Origin: Octopus bimaculoides | Lineage: Eukaryota | DNA: 64,000 nucleotides | NCBI RefSeq assembly: GCF_001194135.2 | Contig: NC_068982.1 | Span: 111,891,569 to 111,955,568 of the forward strand | Direction of reading: 5' to 3' | In this document: positions 12,510 to 27,766 of the stretch, piece by piece | Position numbering within the stretch: position 1 is the stretch's first letter | Layout: every line of letters starts with the position of its first letter | Made by a program: the position numbers and the translations under genes | The notes under the pieces: generated by a model | What the model saw: only the letters and a program-made list of their open reading frames with translations | Database searches by the model: none | Told to the model about the DNA's origin: nothing

Positions 12510-13270
12510 TTATAAAGGAAATCATATATTAGTGCACAAAAGTAATGGATGGTTGAAATAGGAGAGCGCGAGAACAAAGTGTCATGCAGTGTTTATTTTT
12601 AATTCCTTAAATTCTGAATTCTAATCTTATCGAGGTCAACTTAATGTTTCTCGAAACGTTGTTATTGCTATTTACCATCAGCTTAACTCTGATGAAGGAG
12701 ATATTAGTTAAAAGGCATTCCAATCGTCACCAATCAGTCTTTTTATTCAAATAGGTGTCTATTACTTCATTAAGCAGGTTGTATGTCTTTCAATAAAAAC
12801 AAGTAAAAAAAAAAACATACTGGGATGCAGCTTTGATTGTTTTTCTTCGGCAGGTTCAGTGATCTCCTTAAGGATTTATCGTTTGGTCATACACATATCA
12901 GTCATTTGTTTTCCGTCAAATCGATGATGACAACTTATACATAGTTAAAAGATCAAACTGCTGAGGGTTAAGGTGTATGATGACTGATAAAATGTCAAGT
13001 AACCCGAAAGGTGTACGCAACACTGGAGAAAAGATGAGGGTTGAAATTTCTACTGACCGCAAGCCCTCTCGCTATTGGTTTCTTTCTAACCTCTTTTACT
13101 TCGTAGTAGAAGCCCAGTTCGCTTTACAAAATTTGGAGTCGTTTTTTTAATACGGCAAAGCAGAGAAATATCTTTTCTTTATACATTCATCGATTCTTCT
13201 ATACTATATTTAGATACCCAGATATATCTAAACATGTACGCCAATAAACATATTACCAAACACAGGTACA

Positions 13271-13316
<46 letters not shown>

Positions 13317-13821
13317 ACGTCTGTATTATATATTGTTGAGTGTGCGTGTGTACACATACATATTTTACTATGTTTTTACCATAACTATTTCTCTAGTTGT
13401 TAAGTTTACTCGGACTTAAGTGTCATCAGTGGGAAAAAGCAGTATTTAAAATTTATGTACACTTGTCATCACACTATGTGGTTAATTTAAAGAAGTATAC
13501 ATACATACTTACATGTATGCAATACATACATACATACACATACGCACAAACACAGACTCAGACAGACATACACACGCACGCACGCACACACACATATACG
13601 ATTTGTATATTTATGTGCATATATGTATCTATGTATATACAAAAATATGTACGTGTGTGTGTGTGTTTAAAAAATCTGTGTATGTGTGATTTTTTTTACA
13701 ATCAATCAATGAATCAATCAGACAGTCAATCGATCTTATATATGTATATCTATATATTTAACTCTTTATCCATTCAATATCTTTGCATGTAAGTTTCTAT
13801 TGATCTACCTATCTACTAATA

Positions 13822-13925
13822 CACACACACACAGAGACACACACACACAGAGACACACACACACAGAGACACACACACACAGAGACACACACACACAGAG
13901 ACACACACACACAGAGACACACACA
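13822..13925. repeat. 12-bp minisatellite (ACACACACAGAG)n
   Basis: About 8 tandem units are visible. Confidence 0.85.
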
Positions 13926-14140
13926 CTTACACACATATCAAGCTCTTTCACCTCTTTCCCTCTGCCTTTCGCTGTCTATCTATCTATCTATCNNNNNNNN
14001 NNNNNNNNNNNNNNNNNNNNNNNNNNNNNNNNNNNNNNNNNNNNNNNNNNNNNNNNNNNNNNNNNNNNNNNNNNNNNNNNNNNNNNNNNNNNNNNNNNNN
14101 NNNNNNNNNNNNNNNNNNNNNNNNNNNNNNNNNNNNNNNN

Positions 14141-14177
<37 letters not shown>

Positions 14178-14241
14178 TATATACATACACACATATATAT
14201 ATATACATGTATACGTCTCTCCCCGTCTACCTGCGTGGCTC

Positions 14242-14303
<62 letters not shown>

Positions 14304-15171
14304 CATCCATCTATCTGTTCGTGCAGATTTATAAATTAGTTGTATTAGGAAGTCTTGCCTCTTGTCTATTCCATTTATGAAGAGTCTATTTTTATATATA
14401 ATGTTCGCTCTGTATTTGAGATATATCTGGATATTAAACACTTTATTTTTCTTATCAGCTATTTTATCTATAGGAAAAGAGTTGTTGGTTTCCATCTTCT
14501 TCTTTTCTATGGTATTTGTCTTTAATATTGAATTTTGTTTTTGCTCTGGCTATGTAGGGCATGATTATTCGATTGATGACCCGGACCTTCTCTATTGTAA
14601 TACTGAAATAAATCACCTATAACAACGCCAAAGGAGCAACGAACTTATTCATTCAGTGAACGGTTTTTTTTTGTTCTTTTTTGTTTTTTGCTTTTGTTGC
14701 TGTTGTTGTTGTTGTCTTTCGCCCATTACTTCCTCTTTTACTCTTTTCCCCCTCTTTGGTCTATGTCCTATAGTGAAGCTGTGCAATATATGCAATTAAC
14801 GATGGAACGTATTAATATCTGAACTGAACTTCTCTTCCCTCGCTACTTCCTTCCTTCTTTTCTTTCCGTCTTTCTTTCCTTCTTTATTTCTTTCGTTTTT
14901 TTTTTTTGTTCATTGAGAAAAAGAAGGAAAACTTTTCTTTTCGCCATCGTTCTAAAATACTTCATCATCTAATCTTTCGTATCCTCTTCTTTCACCACAA
15001 CATCACACTTTTACACCTTCCTCGCAAGAACACCATTTCGAATTCGTTTTCTTTGGTCATGAACCCCGTCCATGGTACACAGTTAAAAAAGTCGCACCAA
15101 TTTCATTAGTCGTCTTTATCAATCCTGTTGTTTTCATTACTGTTGTTTGTTGCTGTTGCTATTATTACTAA

Positions 15172-15206
<35 letters not shown>

Positions 15207-15320
15207 GTTATTCATATCAACTAAAAGGAAGTATGAGAAATGAAAAAAAGTGACATCGAATTGACATGAAGGTGTGTAGAATAAACAGAATTAGAGATAT
15301 AGTGTGAAACAATGAAAGAA

Positions 15321-15368
<48 letters not shown>

Positions 15369-15450
15369 AGAGAGAGTATGGAGTGAGTTGTGTATGAATA
15401 TATTATTCATGCATATGTATGTATGTATGTATATATGTATGTATGTATGA

Positions 15451-15482
<32 letters not shown>

Positions 15483-15505
15483 GTCTGTGTGTCTGTCTGT
15501 CTGTT

Positions 15506-15571
<66 letters not shown>

Positions 15572-15649
15572 CACATAACCAAATTGGACGAGATTATGTA
15601 TATATCTTTATATACATACATACATGCGTACATACATACACACAGACAT

Positions 15650-15694
<45 letters not shown>

Positions 15695-15697
15695 CAG

Positions 15698-15738
<41 letters not shown>

Positions 15739-16115
15739 CATACATATATTATTATAATGTGTATACGTATGTGAAGAGAGAGAGAGAGAGGAGAAGGGTA
15801 GAGAGATTATAGCGAGAAAGAGAGAGGGGATGGAGGGAGAGAGAGAGGGAGAAAGAGAGAGAGGTGGACAAAAAGAGAAAAGTGGCTGTATGTTAAGAAT
15901 TATAAAACCTATGAAATCTGAGAGAAGAATTGAAGCAAAGCAAGAAAAGATAGGCTGGGTGGGATGGGGTTTGGTGAAGCGATGAGTGGTGGGGTGGCGG
16001 GAGAATTTTTATAACGGAGATGGAAGGAGAGGAAGAAGGAGGAAAGAAGCTGGCAGTAGAAGATGGGACATGAGACAACATTCTGGTCAGCACCAAACCA
16101 GCGACGCCGAAATAG

Positions 16116-16334
16116 TCTTTTCTACTCCAGGCACAAGGCCCGAAATTTTGTGGGAGGGGGGGGACCAGTCGATTAGATCGATCCCAGTATGTAACTGGTA
16201 CTTAATTTATCGACCCCTAAAGGATGAAAGGCAAAGTCAACCTCGGCGGAATTTGAACTCAGAACGTAAAGACAGACGAAATACCGCTAAGCATTCCGTC
16301 CGGCGTGCTAACGTTTCTGCCAGCTCGCTGCCTT
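16116..16334 (-). mobile_element. SINE family A, full length, low divergence
   Basis: TCTTTTCTACTCCAGGCACAAGGCC...GTTTCTGCCAGCTCGCTGCCTT. Confidence 0.93.
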
Positions 16335-16449
16335 CAACAGCGAAATAATGTTGATTCTAATGCAGAGTGCTGATTAATCGAATTCTTTTTGGCGGTTCTA
16401 CTTTCTAGTCTAGTCTGATATTAAGTGCATTGGTGTATTGCTACTGTGA

Positions 16450-16680
16450 TTGATGTTGTTGTTGTTGTTGTTGTATAGTCTCAGGTCATTCGAAATTATA
16501 TGTACTTATTCATCATCAAAGATATTCTTCTTAGTACGACTGCCTTGCCTTATTCAAATAGTGCATCTGGGATTGTATTAAACATGTTATCACAAACAAA
16601 AGATGAAGGGGTGAGATTTGAAGGAGATTTACCTGCTATTTTTAGTATGTTGAACAACTACATACAGGCCGTCTCATTGC
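16450..16680 (-). repeat. Old dispersed repeat with (CAA)n tail (family D)
   Basis: The motif GAGATTTGAAGGAGATTTACCTGCTATTT has relatives near 10870, 12140, 21970, 34660 and 60470. Confidence 0.45.
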
Positions 16681-17006
16681 CGTGTCTGGCTGTGTGCTAA
16701 TATGGTCAGTGCAGTGTCCTACTACACTGCCTGTTCGCTTACACCACGTTCATCTCGGTAAGACCAAGGCCACCACCACCACCACCACCACCACCACCAC
16801 CNNNNNNNNNNTGTGTATGTGTTTGTGTGTGTGTGTGTGTGTGTTTGCAAGCATGAGTGTGAGGTGTGTATATATATGCACAAGTGGCTGAATTATGTGT
16901 ATATTTAAGTGTATTTGTTACTAGCTTCATGTTTATCTTGTATTTTACACACACAAACACGCACGCTCACACACACCACATATGTATATGTGTATATGTC
17001 TGTCTA

Positions 17007-17107
<101 letters not shown>

Positions 17108-17390
17108 GTGTGTTTGTGCCCATGTAAATATATGTATATATATACATCATACAATATTTCTCCAATGTATTCGTATTCTATATTTGTGCTGCCCTTGTTA
17201 TTATTGTTATTATTATTATTATTATTATCATCATCGTAATCACCATCCTAACCATCATCATCATTAGATATTTTGAATATTTATTTTTACATTGCTAAAT
17301 AATTACTAATAATATCCGAGGACAATCGTACCTCCACACACGTACACACACAAATGTACTGAACTAAACATAAACTGAACTAAATATAGA

Positions 17391-17448
<58 letters not shown>

Positions 17449-18347
17449 NNNNNNNNNNNNNNNNNNNNNNNNNNNNNNNNNNNNNNNNNNNNNNNNNNNN
17501 NNNNNNNNNNNNNNNNNNNNNNNNNNNNNNNNNNNNNNNNNNNNNNNNNNNNNNNNNNNNNNNNNNNNNNNNNNNNNNNNNNNNNNNNNNNNNNNNNNNN
17601 NNNNNNNNNNNNNNNNNNNNNNNNNNNNNNNNNNNNNNNNNNNNNNNNNNNNNNNNNNNNNNNNNNNNNNNNNNNNNNNNNNNNNNNNNNNNNNNNNNNN
17701 NNNNNNNNNNNNNNNNNNNNNNNNNNNNNNNNNNNNNNNNNNNNNNNNNNNNNATATATATATATTTACATCTGTGTATGAACGTGTATGCAAGCTTGTT
17801 TATGAATATGTAAGTATGTATGTATGTATCTATCTATCTATATACATATTATACACACACATATATATATATATCTAACAGTTTGTGTACCTTACTGGTG
17901 TATGACGTGTGTATGTATAGATGTATAATACTATAAATATGAACACAATACCTACTACAGATCCCTACCAACACTGATGAGTGATCGTGTGTTATAGTAT
18001 AAATGTAATTTTTGTATCAGACACAACACTTTAATATGATTTTCTTTCCGCAACGACAAAGTCTGATATCCCACAAGTATACTACAATCCCATGACCTGC
18101 AAGAATAATCCGGTCTCTTTTTAATAGAAAATGTTACTGACACTTGTTATCTTTCCAGTATACTTAAGGGAGTATATATGTATAGTGTTTTAGAAATTTA
18201 ATTGTAATTATACTTCAACAACCAATATTTGAAGGTTATATAATGTGATTATATTAATTTGATAACCACACACATACGTACACATTATATCTAGTACGTA
18301 TTCATGTGTCTATAAGTTTCTGTATGAGTCTGCGTGTCTGTGTGTGT

Positions 18348-18378
<31 letters not shown>

Positions 18379-19030
18379 NNNNNNNNNNNNNNNNNNNNNN
18401 NNNNNNNNNNNNNNNNNNNNNNNNNNNNNNNNNNNNNNNNNNNNNNNNNNNNNNNNNNNNNNNNNNNNNNNNNNNNNNNNNNNNNNNNNNNNNNNNNNNN
18501 NNNNNNNNNNNNNNNNNNNNNNNNNNNNNNNNNNNNNNNNNNNNNNNNNNNNNNNNNNNNNNNNNNNNNNNNNNNNNNNNNNNNNNNNNNNNNNNNNNNN
18601 NNNNNNNNNNNNNNNNNNNNNNNNNNNNNNNNNNNNNNNNNNNNNNNNNNNNNNNNNNNNNNNNNNNNNNNNNNNNNNNNNNNNNNNNNNNNNNNNNNNN
18701 NNNNNNNNNNNNNNNNNNNNNNNNNNNNNNNNNNNNNNNNNNNNNNNNNNNNNNNNNNNNNNNNNNNNNNNNNNNNNNNNNNNNNNNNNNNNNNNNNNNN
18801 NNNNNNNNNNNNNNNNNNNNNNNNNNNNNNNNNNNNNNNNNNNNNNNNNNNNNNNNNNNNNNNNNNNNNNNNNNNNNNNNNNNNNNNNNNNNNNNNNNNN
18901 NNNNNNNNNNNNNNNNNNNNNNNNNNNNNNNNNNNNNNNNNNNNNNNNNNNNNNNNNNNNNNNNNNNNNNNNNNNNNNNNNNNNNNNNNNNNNNNNNNNN
19001 NNNNNNNNNNNNNNNNNNNNNNNNNNNNNN

Positions 19031-19070
<40 letters not shown>

Positions 19071-19114
19071 GTATATATATATATATAAATAAAAAATAAA
19101 ATAAATATATATAT

Positions 19115-19145
<31 letters not shown>

Positions 19146-19355
19146 TATGTATATGTATATCTGTACATAAATACATATATGTATGTATTTGTGTGTGTAT
19201 ATTTATATATACATACACAATCATGCATATACATACAAATGTGTGTGTATATTATATACATACATATGTTTATGTATGTATATATTTATATGCATATGTA
19301 TGTGAACACATATCCGTCCATCTGTCTGTTTGTCTGTTTGTCCGTCCGTCCGTCC

Positions 19356-19449
<94 letters not shown>

Positions 19450-19657
19450 TTATATATTTATATACACACGTATTACATCTCCGTGAGTGAAAGATGAAAT
19501 TTTGAAAACTAGTAGCACTCAGTAGTCGGTGTCAGTCAGCTTGAAAAATCACGTGACGTATTCCATTTCGTCTATTTCGCTTCTTTTCTATGTTGGATAT
19601 CAACTGGCCCAACACGATACAAAGTGATACTAAATGATATAACATGATTAATAACCT

Positions 19658-19693
<36 letters not shown>

Positions 19694-20172
19694 CATACTA
19701 ATAAACACAAATACATAGACCCACACACAAACATAGTTACACCCATTCAAACCTATACACAATCACATGTGAAGACCCCCCCCTTCCCCTTCCCCATCAC
19801 CAAATGACCACGCATCAACCACAGCAGCGACATCACCATCATCATCAGCAGCTACAGTAATGATAACAAGGATAGCACGGAGTTCTACATGGCCTCTCTT
19901 TCTCTCTCTGTCTCCACCTGATAGAAATAGTAATTAGTCTCACCAAAATTTTAAACTATGACTTTAAAAAAAGGAAAGACATGGGTTATAGGGGTAACAT
20001 ATGGTATATATATATATACACAAACACAAAGATTCACACATACCATACATATACATATGTTAGGCACAGCTGTCTAACTTTCTAAGCACACTCTAGGCTA
20101 TTATATCTTTAACCATTTATATGCAGGAATAAATACTGTGCGTGTAGAAAGTATGCATATATATATATATAG

Positions 20173-20205
<33 letters not shown>

Positions 20206-21014
20206 NNNNNNNNNNNNNNNNNNNNNNNNNNNNNNNNNNNNNNNNNNNNNNNNNNNNNNNNNNNNNNNNNNNNNNNNNNNNNNNNNNNNNNNNNNNNNNN
20301 NNNNNNNNNNNNNNNNNNNNNNNNNNNNNNNNNNNNNNNNNNNNNNNNNNNNNNNNNNNNNNNNNNNNNNNNNNNNNNNNNNNNNNNNNNNNNNNNNNNN
20401 NNNNNNNNNNNNNNNNNNNNNNNNNNNNNNNNNNNNNNNNNNNNNNNNNNNNNNNNNNNNNNNNNNNNNNNNNNNNNNNNNNNNNNNNNNNNNNNNNNNN
20501 NNNNNNNNNNNNNNNNNNNNNNNNNNNNNNNNNNNNNNNNNNNNNNNNNNNNNNNNNNNNNNNNNNNNNNNNNNNNNNNNNNNNNNNNNNNNNNNNNNNN
20601 NNNNNNNNNNNNNNNNNNNNNNNNNNNNNNNNNNNNNNNNNNNNNNNNNNNNNNNNNNNNNNNNNNNNNNNNNNNNNNNNNNNNNNNNNNNNNNNNNNNN
20701 NNNNNNNNNNNNNNNNNNNNNNNNNNNNNNNNNNNNNNNNNNNNNNNNNNNNNNNNNNNNNNNNNNNNNNNNNNNNNNNNNNNNNNNNNNNNNNNNNNNN
20801 NNNNNNNNNNNNNNNNNNNNNNNNNNNNNNNNNNNNNNNNNNNNNNNNNNNNNNNNNNNNNNNNNNNNNNNNNNNNNNNNNNNNNNNNNNNNNNNNNNNN
20901 NNNNNNNNNNNNNNNNNNNNNNNNNNNNNNNNNNNNNNNNNNNNNNNNNNNNNNNNNNNNNNNNNNNNNNNNNNNNNNNNNNNNNNNNNNNNNNNNNNNN
21001 NNNNNNNNNNNNNN

Positions 21015-21051
<37 letters not shown>

Positions 21052-23081
21052 CACTCATATACATGTTTGCGCGTCAGCATATATCTATGCATATGTATAC
21101 AAGTGTTCAGATATACACACACACACAACTACTTACATACATACATTCCCGTTCGTTGTGTTTATAATGACAGGATGGGTTCGGTTGGAGTGCTTTTGTG
21201 GTTACTCGACCAGCACTGGTCTGAGATAAACAACTGAAATATATATATGTATGTATGTATGTTTATATGTATGTATGTTTGTATGTGTGTATGTATGTAT
21301 GTAATCTTTAGACGTGATTTTGTATATTTGTTTGTCTGTCTGTCTGTATCTTATATAAGTTGCGCTGCATGACTTATTAACTTAGGCCTAAGCAATTGTC
21401 TATAAAAAAACTTGCGGCAAAATAATACGTTATATTGATAATGAAGAGTTATTGTTGTATAGCCCCTAGTTAAACACCTTTGGATAAAAGATTTCCCAAC
21501 TGTGGTATTCCCATGCTATTCTCGGGCGTGGTCCTAGAGCACCTCTTGGACGTATATCATTTCTCATTTAAAACAGAATGGTCGGGTATGATTTTGGCAC
21601 GTCTTTCTCCCTAGTCGAGCGACCGCACAGAGGTGCCATCATTTGCACGTGGAGAATAAATGCAGCCGTTGTCATGTTCATTAGTTCCCTCGATGTGCTA
21701 TTAAACGTTAAATACAACAGTCGACCAACATTTGACAATGTCCGGACGGCAGTAACCGTATAGGATAACAGCAGCAACTGTATAGTACAGCATTAGCAAC
21801 AAGTGCACAAGGTATGAAATAATGGTATTTTGTGTTATTCATGTTGTTTATTCCCGGCTCAGACATGTACTAACATGCCTATAGACAATATCGTTAAATT
21901 AAGTAGCAGTATATGTAGTATATTAAATATTAAATATGCTCTTCCATTTTTAAGGCGATAGTTTATGATTAGAAGATTTTACTGCTATTTCTACGCGGCC
22001 GATTGGTCACAAAGCGACTGTAGCCGTGGTTGTATGAAGTAAAATTTTAAATCAGTGAATAAGCACAGATTTTCCGGACGAAGTAACAGTGTTAAAGTGT
22101 CAACTATCCAAAACACAAATCCACATCACCAGTAAGATTTAAGCTATTTTGCAGTATATATATATATATATATATATNNNNNNNNNNNNNNNNNNNNNNN
22201 NNNNNNNNNNNNNNNNNNNNNNNNNNNNNNNNNNNNNNNNNNNNNNNNNNNNNNNNNNNNNNNNNNNNNNNNNNNNNNNNNNNNNNNNNNNNNNNNNNNN
22301 NNNNNNNNNNNNNNNNNNNNNNNNNNNNNNNNNNNNNNNNNNNNNNNNNNNNNNNNNNNNNNNNNNNNNNNNNNNNNNNNNNNNNNNNNNNNNNNNNNNN
22401 NNNNNNNNNNNNNNNNNNNNNNNNNNNNNNNNNNNNNNNNNNNNNNNNNNNNNNNNNNNNNNNNNNNNNNNNNNNNNNNNNNNNNNNNNNNNNNNNNNNN
22501 NNNNNNNNNNNNNNNNNNNNNNNNNNNNNNNNNNNNNNNNNNNNNNNNNNNNNNNNNNNNNNNNNNNNNNNNNNNNNNNNNNNNNNNNNNNNNNNNNNNN
22601 NNNNNNNNNNNNNNNNNNNNNNNNNNNNNNNNNNNNNNNNNNNNNNNNNNNNNNNNNNNNNNNNNNNNNNNNNNNNNNNNNNNNNNNNNNNNNNNNNNNN
22701 NNNNNNNNNNNNNNNNNNNNNNNNNNNNNNNNNNNNNNNNNNNNNNNNNNNNNNNNNNNNNNNNNNNNNNNNNNNNNNNNNNNNNNNNNNNNNNNNNNNN
22801 NNNNNNNNNNNNNNNNNNNNNNNNNNNNNNNNNNNNNNNNNNNNNNNNNNNNNNNNNNNNNNNNNNNNNNNNNNNNNNNNNNNNNNNNNNNNNNNNNNNN
22901 NNNNNNNNNNNNNNNNNNNNNNNNNNNNNNNNNNNNNNNNNNNNNNNNNNNNNNNNNNNNNNNNNNNNNNNNNNNNNNNNNNNNNNNNNNNNNNNNNNNN
23001 NNNNNNNNNNNNNNNNNNNNNNNNNNNNNNNNNNNNNNNNNNNNNNNNNNNNNNNNNNNNNNNNNNNNNNNNNNNNNNNNN

Positions 23082-23121
<40 letters not shown>

Positions 23122-25098
23122 ACACACACACACACACACTCATACACACTGACACATAAGCACACAGAAACACAAACATACACACATATTTACAAAAGTA
23201 CCATAAATTTGGAAAGAGTCCAACGTCCAGCACAGCAATGAAGTCAACGGCAACAAGCAACAGTATATATATATATATATTTAAGCAAGTTCGTACAACC
23301 AGTAATAATTGTCAAAATTCTGCTACAGTAGTTAAGGAAGAGTAACAATAGCCGATGCAGTGTTCATTGTGTAGTGTTTGTTATTGTGTATCACATATGT
23401 CATTAGTAGTGAAAATATATACAAACACATGGTTATGTAAAGAAATTTCAATAACAGTCGATTGTTTCCTTTTTGTTTCCTTATATTCTTTATATTCTTC
23501 TCTCCTGTTGTCTGTTTTAATAATATATATAGACTGAGTTTCTTTTGAAAATCTTCTGGGTGTATAAATAAAAGTAATAAATAAAGTGTGTGTCATATAT
23601 ATGTATGTATGCATACATAGACAAATACACATGCAAGAATATAAATAAAAGAAGAAAAGAGATACGTTATTATAAACAGATATTTAAAACTATGTTCATG
23701 TTATATGTGAGTGTGTGTGTTTATGTACACACGTATACACGTACCATGTGTATATCCCTTCCTATATACTGGTGAGCCAATATTAAGAAGAATTATGTCT
23801 TTACAAATGTAGGAAAATGTATAATATCAGAGTGGAGTTGTTTTTGTTGTTGTTTTGCCCCAGGCTGGTCTTGATTACGTTGACCTATGATCATGAGGTG
23901 TTTGAGAGGGATAAGTGCATGTGTGTGTGTGTGTATGTGTATATGTGGTAGATATCTATACGTGTGTGTAAGTATGTCTTTATGTGTCTACAAGCATATT
24001 CCTATAGTGATGTTTATACAAGTAAAATGTTTATGTGAAAGCTATAATTTTTTATATATCTGAGTGCAATTTAAACATATGTCTTACTTCATCGTTACTT
24101 ACAATCCTCCTCGCCCTTTTCCTGCAGGCCTGCGACGATAAAGGTAACCATTTTTCCCTCCAGTTCTCTTCGCATTCACGTTTGCATGTTCTATACTTCT
24201 GGCCAGCGTATGTTCCAGAAAATGTGTAGCCATTTCACTGGTCAGTGGATGGCTATTTGGTTATTTTTGCCGTAGTATTCACCCTGGCATCGCGGCCATG
24301 GTCTGCCACTCCACTGCATGGATCGCAGTCATGACTCTGCATCGCTTTTGGCTTATTCTGATCGTCACCCCAACTAACTTGCTGTCTTCATAACTGCCTT
24401 GTCTGAATCCCTCCCCTACAGCTCTCACAACCACGTGTTTTCCTTTGTAATTTGTATATTCATGTATATTTAGACACATATTTATATATCTGCATTTCAT
24501 ATCTCCCCTTCTTTCGCTCTGTATTCTTGTACGTATGTGGAGAAATTGAAAGAGAGAGAAAATGAGGGAGGCACAGAGAGTAAGTTAGAAAGTTAAAATC
24601 TTTGTGAGTGAGAGAATGAGTGCGAGAGATAAATTTATGGAGAGATGAAGAGAGTGTTAAAATATGAGAGAGTGGGGGCAGAGAGAGAGAGAGAGAGAGT
24701 TACTCTAATACATGTTGTAAATATATCTGCGCATTCGGGTTACTGTATGTAAGCGGATAACTTTTTATAAATGAATGTGTGATAGTGTGTATGTATTTGA
24801 AACGATCAAGAAAGCAATAACAATAGTTTAATGGGAGAAGAAAAGGAGAGGACGGGAGAGTAAGATGGAGGGGTAGATGGAAGAGAAGAAGAAGAAGAAG
24901 ACGAAGAAGAAGAAGAGGAAGGAGAGAAAGAAGAGAAAGGAAACAGGGAAAAAAGCCTGGAGATGGAAGTAGGTGCGACGTGGTTGGAAGAGTACGAAGG
25001 TAAATGTGAGAAAAATTATCCTCACACGAAAAATGAATTGAGATAGGGTGAAATATAAATATTGATAGACAGACAAATAGACAGACAGACCGACAGAC

Positions 25099-25158
<60 letters not shown>

Positions 25159-26080
25159 GGTTAGGTAGGTTGCAAGGTAGATACATGGGTAGATAGGCAG
25201 ATAGATAGGTAAAGAGGCTTGAACAGAAATGGGGCAGATAGAAAGCAAATAGTAAAGCTTAAACAACGGTATAGGCAGCTCATTCTTTTTGAGTAAAGTT
25301 CTCGTCCCAGTACACTGAAGTATTCCCCCCCTCTCTCTCTCCCTCTCTCTTATCTTGTCTCACTACTTCTCCCGTTTTTTCGTTATGGTTTCTCTTCCGC
25401 CCAGATAGATACTCCTCTATCGTTGGTGCCGACGTGTTTTATTAATCAATTTACCAACATATCTGCTGAGCTGTGTACTCTTCCCTATATGAGAGTTCGT
25501 TCTTTCATTCGATCTCATGGCGGCGTCAGTAATGTGCATGCATACATAATATGTACACACATACATGCATGTATACATACATACATACATACATACATAC
25601 ATGCGTACATACGTACTTCCTTTTCTTCTTTTTCTTTTTCTTCTTCTCTTTCCTTCTCTCTCTCTCTCTCTCTCTCTCGCTCTCTCACTTTCTCACTTAA
25701 TCGTTTCTCTCCTTTCTGGCCACCCAACCACAACCTTTCGTAATCTATACAGTCTTATCGATCTCATACTTCCTCACTAAATCCTGATATCAATTTAGCT
25801 CTTTACTTCTGCAATAGATCCTTACGTTGTTCTATCCTCCTACTCCTCCTCTCCTCCAATTCCCTTCCTCTTCTTCCTCACCCTTCTCTCTCTCCCTCCC
25901 TTCTCTTCCACCTTTTCTACCTCACCATTTTCCCTATCGGCACCAGACCTGTCTTTCTACTTGTCTTTATACCCTGCCTCCCCACGTTTCCTTTTTCTTT
26001 TTTAATTCTGCTTTTGCAAATTCTTCACACACACACACACACAAAATATGCATGTATATGGATATATATAGATGTTTATG

Positions 26081-26133
<53 letters not shown>

Positions 26134-26402
26134 CATATATATATTTATGCATGTATATATTATATATATATATATATACATATATATATTATAAACCTGT
26201 GTGAGTTTATGTATGTGCGAATATTCGCGTGTGTGTGTGTTTGGATTTGTATGTACTACTTATATTCCAGTTTATTTAATTGATATGTTGATTCTAATGA
26301 TTTGCATACACATCCGCATACACGTATACATACATACATACAAACACAAATACATTTATGTATAAATGTGTATATGTATCAGCATGCATGTGTCGTGTCT
26401 GC

Positions 26403-26453
<51 letters not shown>

Positions 26454-27683
26454 CTATAAACGGCAATATCTCTAATTTTGCATTCACTACCAGAGTTGAT
26501 TTAAGACAAAAAAAAAAAAATAAAAAAGGGAAAATATATAAATTGGTGAGATACATTTGTTTCATGATAGGTTATAAGTTCAACTGTGGTTTCCAGTTGA
26601 ATATCTATTTATAGCATCACTGAAAACATAGTATCATCATGTATTGATGTTATCAAGGCTTGATATCATAGTAATGGTATAGAAACTCATGAGAATGATT
26701 TCGTATATTGGCACATTACCGCGAATTTATAATGGAGCGCTAAAGTTATTGTTGTTGTTGTTGTTTAGCCTCATTCCAGTCAGCTCTCATCGATCCCGTC
26801 CCGTGACCATTCCGTCGGTTTAGTCATTGTTTATCTCAGCCTGCACTATCTATTTTATTTTTCTTGATATATCTCCTTTCCTCTATCTTTCTCTCCTTTT
26901 CTCTTCCTCCTTATATATATATATATATATATNNNNNNNNNNNNNNNNNNNNNNNNNNNNNNNNNNNNNNNNNNNNNNNNNNNNNNNNNNNNNNNNNNNN
27001 NNNNNNNNNNNNNNNNNNNNNNNNNNNNNNNNNNNNNNNNNNNNNNNNNNNNNNNNNNNNNNNNNNNNNNNNNNNNNNNNNNNNNNNNNNNNNNNNNNNN
27101 NNNNNNNNNNNNNNNNNNNNNNNNNNNNNNNNNNNNNNNNNNNNNNNNNNNNNNNNNNNNNNNNNNNNNNNNNNNNNNNNNNNNNNNNNNNNNNNNNNNN
27201 NNNNNNNNNNNNNNNNNNNNNNNNNNNNNNNNNNNNNNNNNNNNNNNNNNNNNNNNNNNNNNNNNNNNNNNNNNNNNNNNNNNNNNNNNNNNNNNNNNNN
27301 NNNNNNNNNNNNNNNNNNNNNNNNNNNNNNNNNNNNNNNNNNNNNNNNNNNNNNNNNNNNNNNNNNNNNNNNNNNNNNNNNNNNNNNNNNNNNNNNNNNN
27401 NNNNNNNNNNNNNNNNNNNNNNNNNNNNNNNNNNNNNNNNNNNNNNNNNNNNNNNNNNNNNNNNNNNNNNNNNNNNNNNNNNNNNNNNNNNNNNNNNNNN
27501 NNNNNNNNNNNNNNNNNNNNNNNNNNNNNNNNNNNNNNNNNNNNNNNGTGCATTTAAACCGCTTGGAGAAATGACAACTCTTTCACATTCATGAAACTAT
27601 ATGTACTGTGGAGCTGCGTTATTGAAAACTCCAAACAAATGTGTTGAGTGCTGCTTCCTTTAGTTTGTTTTCACTTACACGAA

Positions 27684-27766
<83 letters not shown>

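Noticed and set aside
19975-19995. Partial match to miR-71 (GAAAGACATGGGT)
   Set aside because: Only 13 nt match, the 3' half differs and no precursor hairpin is evident.
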